This document shows, one piece after another, positions 53,701 to 64,000 of a stretch of 64,000 nt of DNA. This DNA is from Geosiphon pyriformis uo1. Its lineage: Eukaryota > Fungi > Glomeromycota. The stretch is taken from contig JAAOMT010000675.1 in the NCBI GenBank assembly GCA_016748015.1, positions 682,001-746,000 of the forward strand, read 5' to 3'. The position numbers were made by a program, and so were the translations under genes. The notes under the pieces are model-generated. The model saw only the letters and a program-made list of their open reading frames with translations, did not search any database and was not told the DNA's origin. Position 1 is the stretch's first letter. The number at the start of each line of letters is the position of its first letter.

Positions 53701-56700
53701 CAGTTCAGCCAAACTCATTTTCACTGGCAAAGATGTCATTGAAATTGTTGAGTAACATCTTGAGCTGCATACATTGGAGTGGATCTAAGTTTCCCATGTT
53801 CATTTGTTTCATCCATAGATTGTTTGTGATGTGATGTCAACATATCCACAAAGTTGTAAAAAGTCTGGAATGGGGTTTGGTGGTTGGTCTTCTATTTCTG
53901 TAGTTAAATATCTGATGGTGGTTCCTTCTGGTATGTTGATGACATTGCCATTGTTGTTGTAGATGGGAATTTTTATGCTGCTATAGCTTTTGGCTATGTG
54001 GAGATTGATCAACCCAATCTCTTCTAATTCACAAAGGGTTGCTTTCGCTTCAAAAATCTGTTCTTGCTCTTTTTCCTTCCTTTTTATTGCTAACATGTAC
54101 TGACTATATAGTGGAATGGAAATAGCTTGACCAGTTGAGATAATTTCTCTTTGGCCAACAATTTCTTCCTCTGCCATGTTAACTGGTACATCTATTCTAC
54201 CTGTGGATCCGAATCCCTGTATTTCTCTTGCCATTATTCTTAATTTCTCTCTCTTTCTCACTGATACTAACTGAGCTATTCTAACCAGAGGCAGGAATAT
54301 TGCCTGTGCTATCTTTTCATTGGGTTCTATTACATAGGCCTTTTCTGAGTCATTTTATAGCATAGCAATGATATTTCCTACATATCCCGCATTAATTATT
54401 CCTCCTTTTATATTGATCCCTTTTTTTGCTAAACTACTCCTAGATGCTAATTGAACCATTGTTGTTGCTGGAATCTCTAGTGCTATTTTCAGATCAATGC
54501 AGATGCGTGAATGCAGTTCTAATTTGATGGCATCTTTTTCTGGATATCTTAGATCAAACCCTGCATTAGTATTATGCACATGTTCTGGCATAATACCTTC
54601 CTCATTGTCACTATACCATTTTAACTCTTGTTCCTTGGAAAGATCTGGTAGTGCAATGTATTGTTTATAGTTTAAATCAGAGTTTATATCTGAGTTGGAA
54701 TCATTGTCATTGTCATTGCCATTTTGAACAGAGCTTGAACCATTGTTGTCATCGTTATTGTCAGGGTTTGAATCTTGATTGATTGGCGATTCTGATTCTG
54801 ATGTGCAGCTGCTGATTGGTTCTTCCTCTTCTGGGATCATGTAGATCATGCGTGGTGGTGGATTGTAAATAAGGTCACACTCATCACAATATTAGAAGTT
54901 ACAGAGAATTAGGCAGTATTGACATAGTCGAGCATTCAACTGTTCTAACCGTTGTTCTTGTTCTTCCCTTGTGGGTGCTAATTCTTGGTAGTGTTCATGG
55001 AATTGTTCCAGATCCAAGAGGTTTATGATGGGTTCTGCGTCCCAGTCAAGCTCTAAAGGTTCTGGGGGGTTGTTTTTGATCGTTTTTATCTTTTCTGGTG
55101 TCGCTCCTTTGATTTTGACAAGTGCCATTTGCCAAAATTTGTCATCGTCATGTGGGCAACTGTCCAGTTACTGTACGGCTCTTTGCCAGGCTGCTTCCAT
55201 TGGGGTTCCTTTTCTTACCCAGTCACTTATTAGAATCGTGTATTGACACAATATGTTACATGTTCCTTTACGTCCTGGGATGTCATTCCACATCCCTTCA
55301 TCTAGCAGGGTCTCCCCACAAGTGAGACAAGGTTGGTTATCCCATTTTCCTTGCCTTTTTGGTCATCCAAAGTGTTCGAGTAAGTATAGACAACAGTAAA
55401 ATTTTGTTGCGGTATGGTATTCCTCATCATCACCACAGCATGTGCCCATTGATGACAATTTCTTGCCATAATTGACACATATAAGCTTAGGTTGAAGATA
55501 GGTAGATTGTTGTGGAATAGTGTAGGTATTATTATAAGTGATGATGGTTTGGGTGGTCTCTTCTTCTTTCCCTTTTCCTTTATTTTCTTTGTCCTCTTCC
55601 CATTCCCAACTTGAAGTTAGTTCGCTCTCATCATTGTCAGTCCATGTCAGGTCATTAGTCTCCCAGATAAGTTCTTCCTTTTGTTTCTTTTTTCCCTTGT
55701 TGTTGTTGTCCCAGAAGAGTATTGGTGGCAATTCATTGTGCTCTTTGTCAGCCCATAATACTTGGTAGGCTTCCCAAGTAGGCTTCGGTTTCTTCTTATT
55801 GAAGTCAATTAGTGGTGCCATGGTGCTGGTAGCCTTGAAGTGGTCACATGTTGCTAGTACTCGTGTGTGTCTTCCATTCTGGCTGAGTATTAACTCTTGG
55901 GTCATCCAATCAAGCACGGCATTGGTTTTGGACAACCAGTCATTACCAACTAAGACTTGGTATTGGGTGGCATTCATTACTAAAACTTTAATGGGTACTA
56001 TGATGCCATTAATTTCTATAGGAAAATCATCTATCTCGCCAATAGGTGTTTTGGTGGCACCATTGGCAGTGATGATTCTAGCACTGGCAGCTCAATTAAC
56101 TCGGCAACCTAATTAATCCATGAGCTGTTTTGTGATTATGCTGCCAGCTGATCCACTATCTAGGATGAGTTTGATGGGGTGACCATCAACTCTGGTATTC
56201 GTGTACATTGCTGTTATGGGTTTTTCTTCGAGGACGGCTCCACTGAATAATGGTATCAGTGTGTTTTCTTTGAGTTCGAAAGGAAAGATGGCTGTTAGGG
56301 ATTTGTCGCTAGAGATGATTGCTGGTGGAATTGTGTTGGTAGGTATGTGTTGATTGAATTCTGTATTGTTGGATGTGGCATCTTTTGGAGTAATCAGGAG
56401 ACTTAAATAATGTTGGGAATTTGGGTTTTGGACACGACTGGTATCCAAATTCCAGGTGTGTGATCTTAATAGTGTGTTTAGCGAACTGGGGATCAGTTGG
56501 TGAACAACCATCGCCGATCTCCAGTTTTGAGTGACTCTGGATCGAGAGTGGTCTGATGTCATTTGAGCTGGGTTCTGGGTTGGTGTTTGAATTGGTTGGG
56601 GTTAATAGATGATTTGTGGCTGCAGTTGATATATTACTTGTGACTGCGGCTAATGAATCAGAGGTTGATATACTGGCAGTTGATAGATTGGTTGCTGCAT

Positions 56701-59509
56701 CATGGGCAGGTAATTATTTTGATATTGGTCTTGACTCTGATTTGGATAATGATTCGGAGTTTGGAACCGGCGATCGGAGTTTTGATATTAATTTTCTGAT
56801 TGTTGGTTATTTAAATGCTGGTAACAGTCAATTTGGATATGTCCTTGTTTACTACAATAGTGGCAAATACGTGTTTCCTGTTGCCACTGTTAATTGGTCG
56901 ATGAAGATGGACATAGTTGATTTTAACCACGATTAGAATTTCCTTGATTATTACGTCGTTGTGGAGACTGATAAATGGCGTGATTGTCAGTTAAGTATCC
57001 TTCCAATCTCTTATTAATTGATTCACTGAACTTCTCCAATTTGGAATCCAATTCAGATGATCCATTCATTACTAGATTAACGGCTTGGGTGTGGTTAGTC
57101 TCTGATTCGGTGGATTCAAAATCTCTGGTGCATGTAACTGTGTCTTAAAGAGTACCTGGATGCAATAGACATACATGTTGCAAGATGCTGCTGCACAGGC
57201 CACGGATAAACTAATTGAGTATCTGTGGTGCTGTGAAATAGTTGGTGTCAATTGCTTGAATTAGGTTTCGATGAAAGCATTCTAGGTAAGTGGTGACGGC
57301 TTTAGTTTTTCCTTGTTTTATGGTGGTGAATGCATTAACTAGGCGATTAATGCTGTTATTGTTGCTAAAGTAGCTTAGAAATTCTGCTTTGAAGGCATTA
57401 AAATCTTGTGGTTTATTAACCAAGCTCTGATACCATGAATTGGCAGTATCCTTGAGAAAGTAGGGAATGGCTTGCATTGCTCAGGCGTCATTCCATCCGT
57501 TGGCTGCAATGGCCTTTTCTACATCATTCAGCCATATTTGAGTGTTATTTTCTTCACCCATAAAGTTGTCAAGTTTTGCGATTGGTGCATAGGCCATTGG
57601 ATCTAAGTTAGGTGGTTGTGGTGGCTGTTGAAGCAGTTGTTGTTGTCCTGGCTGTTGGGGTGGTAGCTGAAGTGGCTGCTGTATGGGTTCGGCTATGGGA
57701 TTAATCAGCGGTTGATCGATGATGATTACCGGAGATAAGTTTTGCTGATTAATTAATTTGGGGTTTTGATTTCTTTGATTTGGCGGCATTCGAATATTCG
57801 GAGTTTTGATTTCCGGATTTTCTAACTGTTGCTGAGTTTGAATGTTCGAGGTTTCAACTTCCAGATTTTCAGTGATCGGGTGCTGGTAAGTGAATTCTTG
57901 ATCCTCTGATTTTTCTTCCTCTTTTTTTGATTCTGCTGCTTCCCATGGATCAGAGATTCCAAAATCTGGTGGAAGTGGTGGTGATCGAAATCCTAATGGG
58001 GTTGATGATTGCAAATTAAATCCCTCAAAGTATTTGCCATATGGTCCTAACAATTCTGTTTTTCTTTGTCTACTTTGGAATGGGAATCGTCCAAATGCTG
58101 ATGTCGCAGTTGATGGGAACGCGTCTGTTGATGATATGTTGATGGCGCTTCCAGGTGTATAGTGGTAAGATGGGTTGCTTGGAAATTCAACTTTGTTTTT
58201 CTTCCAAGCAGGTGACTGTATTTTTCTGGGTGTTACTGCTGGTGTTTGTAATTTTCCCTTGCCTTTACTAGCATATGTAATTGGATATCTTTGTTGAGTG
58301 TGATGTTCAATTTCTTTATTGATCTCAGTGATGATGGATGCGAAATTATGATTTGTTGGTAGGTTGTGTTTTGAATTAATCCCTTATAGAAAGTTTCTCT
58401 TGTTGATTCAGTATTCACTGGTGTTCTTAATAAAGAAAAAATCTTTTTATTGACATAGAAATTGAAGACTAATTCGGTGGATATATAATTGTAGTTTAAT
58501 CCCAAGTATTGACAATAGTGTTGAAATAAGGATTTTGCAAATCCTAAATGATTTGCTCCTATGTTTTCTGATTTTGCCACTTTTGGTTTGGTGTTGTTGG
58601 TGCTGGTTCTCTGTAGGATTATACCTTACAGAGAGCACCAAATGTTACAGATGATTATTTCTGCTGTTGAATTAAATCACAAACCTGTAACTTGGTGCTC
58701 AAAGCTAATTGCAGTTGATAGTGATCTGAAGGTTTTGTATCTGAAGGTTTTTGGTTGAGTCTTTTGTATAATGGACAGAAATTCAATAGTGTTGATAGTA
58801 AATGTATCTTTTCAAGAGTTTTCCCAATTTCTTTTTCAGCATGGTGGCCAGATTTAGTCTAGCAGTCATGCCCTTCTGGTAAGCTATCTGATAATATATA
58901 AAATCCTACCCTTATTTCTGGGTCTTTTACCAGGCTATCTTTGATGTCAATAACTCAGTGATTAATCTTTAGTCAATTAGTATACAACAACAAATCAAAA
59001 TAAAATAAAGAAAAAGAAATAAAAGAAAATAAAGAAAGAAAAGAAATAAGCCAAGGCAATTTGCAGATTAGTATCCCATCAATAACCATAATCAAGAGCT
59101 ATTGTTCCAGCATGGTCAAGTATCAATTACTATCAACATGAAGGGTTGATAGTGGGGAAGTGAATGAAGATATGAAATAATTATTTATTTGATGAATGCA
59201 TTTCTAGGCTAAGAATTCTGTGGTATCGATTCTTTTTTTTCTGTTTCTAATACTACTGCTATATATACATAATTGAGATTTCTCAATTCCTCAATTTTTC
59301 ACGACAGAAATTCTGAAATTTCTGGAATTCTGCGATTCCTTTGAGAGGAATCCTGGAATTCTAGAATCCTGCAATTCCTCATTGGAAATCCTGAAATTCC
59401 TGGAATCCTGCAATTCCTGAGAGGAATTCTGGAATTCTACATTTACTACACTTACTTCTGATTGGCTAATAATTATGCTAATATATTTCTTATATTTCTA
59501 TGAGTAATA
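50733..59509 (-). mobile_element. Ty3/gypsy element A2 with internal deletion of the integrase core
   Basis: 867-bp LTRs at 50733-51599 and 58643-59509; TSD CTGG/TTGG; PBS ~58624-58640; PPT ~51600-51616. Confidence 0.95.
51614..58580 (-). pseudogene. A2 gag-pol plus fused ORF3 tail, pseudogene
   Basis: Motifs LILDSGSAGSII, AGFDLRYP, ASRSSLAKKG, QGFGSTG, CVDYRKLN, YLDN, IDASGQALGAVL, HSNPTAGHF. Confidence 0.92.
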
Positions 59510-59811
59510 TTGGCCACCATGCTGAGAAATAAATTTGATGGAATTGCAATTCCGGGAGGCTACTAGAAAGACAACAATTAAATCTCTGTCCATTATACAA
59601 AAAACTTAATAACAAAACCTTCAGATAAACCACACCATCAAATAATAACAACATATCAATATTACCAACACCATCCACCAGATTAGTCACTGAGCACCAA
59701 GTTACAGGTTTGTTATTTAATTTGAGACCCCAAATATTCACCTGTAACATTTGGTATTTCCTGTAAGGTATAATTCTACAGAGAATCAACACCAACAACA
59801 ATCATCCAAAA

Positions 59812-62800
59812 GTGACAGAATCAGAAAACATAGGAGCAAACCATTTAGGATTCGCTAAATTCTTGTTTCAACAGTACAACCAACAATTAGGACTAAACAA
59901 TAATCACTTCCCAGCAGAATCCATCTTTAACTTCTATGTCAATGATAAAATCACAGACTGTTTAGAAGGAACAGTTAACATTGAATCCGCAAGAAAAAAT
60001 TTCTATACAGAATTATTTCAATATACCAGTTTACCAAAAAACTACAGTTTTATACCAATTATCAGGAAAATCAATTAAACCATTGAAAAATACACACAAC
60101 AACAATTCCTCATCACCTATGCAAACAAAGGCAGAGGAAGGTTGCAAACACCAGTAGTAACACCAAAACAAATACAACTACCTACTTGAAAGAAAACCAG
60201 AGTTGAATTACCAATCAATTCATTATACTATTACACACCAGGAAGCACCATTAACATTTCATCAATAGGCATGTCTACATCACACACAACATTAACATTT
60301 GGACAACTTCTGTTTCAAAGTAAACAAAAGAAAGCAGAGTTACTAGGAACTTATGGTAATTACTTTAAGAGATTTAAATCACAATCCCCAATGCCATTAG
60401 GATTCTGATTACCACCACTCCAACCAGATTTTGGAAACGCAAGTCCCTGAGAGATAATAGAATCAAAAGAAAAGGAAAAAGAAGAAGCCGAAGATTAAGA
60501 ATTTACTTACCAGAACCTGATCTTAGAAAATCTGGAAGTTGAAACTCCGAACATTAAAACTCAGCAAACTCAAAACAATCCAAACCCCAAAGCAATTAAT
60601 CAGCAAAACTTATCTCCAATAATCATCATCAATCAACCACTAATTGTGCCAATATTAGAATCAATCTCACAGCCGCCCTTCTAGCAACCTATTCAACCAC
60701 CACTTCAGCAATTCCAACAGCCGCTTCAACAGCCACAACAACAACTGCAACCATCACAACAACAACAACTGAACTTAGATCCAATAGTCTACACTTTAAT
60801 AGTGAAACTAGAGAAGTTCACAGGTAAAGAAAACAATGCCCAAATATGGCTTAACAATGTTGAAAAGGCCATCACAGCCAATAAATGGAATGATGCGAGA
60901 GCTCTCCAAGCCATCTCTTATTTTCTCTAAGATACTACCAATTCATGATATTAAAGCTTGGTTAACAAACTCCAAGATTTCAATGCATTCAAGCTTGCAT
61001 TCCTACAATACTTCAGCAATAATAATAGTATTAATTGGCTAGCAAACACATTTACTACTATTAAACAAGGAGAAAATGAAGCAGTCACCACTTACTTAGG
61101 ACACTTCCATAAGAATTTGCGCCAAATTCAAGCAATCCAGGCTGATTATTTTACAGCACCACAAATTTTAAATCAATTTATTAAAGGCCTGTACAGTAGC
61201 ATCCTCCAATGTGTATGCTTCATGCATTCAGCAAATCTTCAAGCTGCAGTTACCAATGCCAGAAATTTTGAAGCAGCTGAACTTGAAGCTAACCATGCCC
61301 AAGCTGTAAATCTAGTGATGAATAGATCATCTGAATTGGATTCCAAATTGAAACAATTTAGTAATTCTATCAATCAGAAATTAGAGGGATACTTAACTGA
61401 CAATTATGCAATTTATCAACCACCACAATAATGCAATAATTCTGGAAACGCAAATCATTTCCAGAACCAGTCACGTTCATCATTGTTGACTAATCAACAG
61501 TGGCAGTAAGAAACATGTGCTTGCCACTATTGTGGTAAACAAAGACATTTACAGTTTAAATGTCATAAACGACTAAATAAACAAAGATCAGGTCATCAGT
61601 ATTGAAACCCCAATCACTAACTACAAACTTAGAATTATGTCAGTAATTAATCACCAGAACTGTATCAACCAAATTACCTATCTATAACACAACAGCCAAT
61701 CTATCAACTGCCAATTTATCAGCCACCAATATCTGTCAGTTATCAACCACAGCCCCAACTCATTTATCAACCACAGTCTCAGGTAATTTATCAGCTCCAA
61801 CAAATTCAAACACCACCATAGAACTTACTTCAAAACAGAACCCAAAGACTGAGATTGATTCAACAGAGCTGGAGATTGTCAATGGTGGTTCATCAACTGA
61901 TTCCCAGTTCCACAGCACAACTATCAGGATTTTGACAACAGAATTCGAGCACTAGGAACTCCCAAAACCCAAATGCCCAACACTATTTAAGTCTTCTGGT
62001 TACCTCAGAAAATGCCTCACCCAATAATCTGGAAACCAACCAAAAACAATCATCTACCAACAACATACCTCCAGCCACTGTTACTAATGACAAATCACTA
62101 ACAGCAATCTTCCTGTTCAAACTTGAAAAAACCACAACAGTTTCATTATTCAGTAAAGTTGTTCTTGATATCAAACCAATTACTGCCATGTACACTGATG
62201 CAAAAGTTGATGGCCATGTCATCAAACTGATCCTAGATAGTGGATCAGCTGGCAGCATCATCACATGACAACTCATGAACCAATTAGGTTGCAGAGTTGA
62301 TTGTACTGTCAGCATGCGCATAATCACTGCTAATGGAGCAACCAAAACCCCTATTGGTGAAATTGATGACTTCTCTTTTGAAGTCAATGGTATTATTACT
62401 TCCATCAAAGTTCTAGTGATAGAACCAACTTAATATCAAGCATTAGTAGGAAATGACTGGTTGTTTAAGACCAACACTATACTAAACTAAACAATACAGA
62501 AGCTTCAACTTAACCAAAATGGTTGACACACACATATACCAGCCACATGTGGCCACTTCAAGCCAATCAATATGCCAGCACCTTTTATCAAGTTTAAGGA
62601 AGAAGAGAAAAAACCTACCTGGGAAGCCTATCAAGTGTTCTGGGCCAACAAAGACTACAACAAGTTGCTGCCAATATTCTTCTGAGATGACAAAAAAGGA
62701 AAGAAGAACCTACCTGGAATTCTGACCAAACCTGGAAAACCGACAACGATCAAGATGAAATAACAATGTGAGAAGAGAAAAAAATAATGATAAGGGAAAA

Positions 62801-64000
62801 AAGAAAGCAAAAGAAGAAGATCCAATACTGACTACTATTTATAATGACTGCACCTATACTATTCTACAACGATCTACTTATCGTCAACCAAAACTCATAT
62901 GCGTTAATTGTGACAAGAAATTGTTGTCAATAGATATGTGCTGTAGTGACAATAAGGAATACTTAACAGTAACCAAATTCTACTGCCACACATGCATCAT
63001 AGAATGCTTTAGATATCCAAAATAGCAAGAAAAATGGAACAATAAATCTTGTCTAGCTTGTGAAGAAACATTACTTAACGAAGGAATGTGGAACAACATT
63101 TCTGGTCAAGGAGGAACATATGATACTGTGTGCCAGTACACAATTCTCATCAGTGACTGGGTTAGAAAAAGGACACTAATAGAAGCTGTCTGGAAAAAAG
63201 CCATACAGCAGTTGGACAGTTGTCCACATGATGATGATAAGATATGGAGAATGGCAATTGCCAAAATCAAAAAAACATCACCAAAAGAAATAAGGATGAT
63301 CAAAAACAACCCACCAGAATCCATAGAACTTAACTGGAACTCAAAACCAGTTATAAATCTCTTGGACCCAAAACAATTCTACAAACACTATCAAGAACTA
63401 GTACCTACAAGAGAAAAGCAGGCACAATGCTTGGAAGAAATCAACACCTGACTATGTGATTACTGTTTGATTTCATGTAACTTCCAATATTGTAATAAGT
63501 GTAACCTTATTTACAATCCACTACCACGCATGATTTACATGATCCCAGAAAAAAAAGAATCAATCAACAGCTGTGCATCAGAATTGGAATCAACTTTCAA
63601 TCCTAATTCAAACTCTGACAATAATAATGACAAAAATAACAGTTCCAGCTCCACTCAATATGGCAACAAAGATAACAAAAATTTGGACTCCAATTCAAAC
63701 CCCGAAACATACATTGCACTCTCTGATCTCACCAAGGAATAAGAACTCAAATGGTTCAGTGATAATAATAAAAATATTATGCCAGAACACATGCATAATA
63801 CTGATACAGGATTTGATCTAAGATATCCAAAGAAATATCTCATCAAATTGAAACCATATTTGCATACTTGTATTGATCTGAAAATAGCACTGAAAATTCT
63901 AGCAATGACAAGCATCCAGGAGTAGTTTAGCAAAAAAAGGGATCAACATCAGAGGAGGAATAATTGACACAGAATACATAGAAAATATTATTGCTATGCT
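59812..64000 (+). pseudogene. A3 gag-pol 5' part (Gag, protease, Cys-rich domain, start of dUTPase)
   Basis: Motifs ESENIGANHLGFAK, CHYCGKQ.HLQFKC, LILDSGSAGSII (~62225), GFDLRYP (~63810). Confidence 0.9.

Larger units (their letters stand above)
50060..64000 (+). mobile_element. Ty3/gypsy element A3 (variant LTR); its 5' LTR is split by A2 and it runs off the window
   Basis: LTR = 50060-50732 plus 59514-59749 (TGTTAC...TGTAACA), PBS at ~59752, then gag-PR-Cys-rich-dUTPase homologous to A1. Confidence 0.9.

Noticed and set aside
59490-59801. Short antisense ORFs in LTR U5/PBS regions (also 1121-1330, 58561-58758)
   Set aside because: Not kept open between copies, and they span insertion junctions.

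Overview
Eukaryotic, fungal-type DNA with short GT-AG introns. The repeat landscape suggests Glomeromycota, possibly Geosiphon; this is an inference from recalled TE peptides, not a database result. A central ~19 kb island (23.6-42.5 kb) holds seven intact, CpG-containing genes: a ZC3H3/Red5-like CCCH protein, MRD1, a YSC84/LSB3-like gene, APC10, an unknown membrane-anchored protein, RRP4 and a TCERG1-like WW/FF protein. It is flanked by two blocks of nested, heavily C>T/G>A-mutated retroelements: three copies of a Ty3/gypsy family 'A', remnants of a second LTR family 'B', and three APE-RT-RNase H LINEs. The main candidate novel system is the LTR retrotransposons. Family A encodes Gag-PR-[unknown multi-CxxC domain]-dUTPase-[second dUTPase-like fold]-RT-RH-IN plus a conserved extra ORF in the env position. 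All five LTR insertion sites visible (families A and B) have 4-bp targets with a central TG, CA or TA, i.e. compatible with a decayed N-CG-N. This suggests CpG-directed, possibly methyl-CpG-directed, integration that would drive nesting into silenced repeats.
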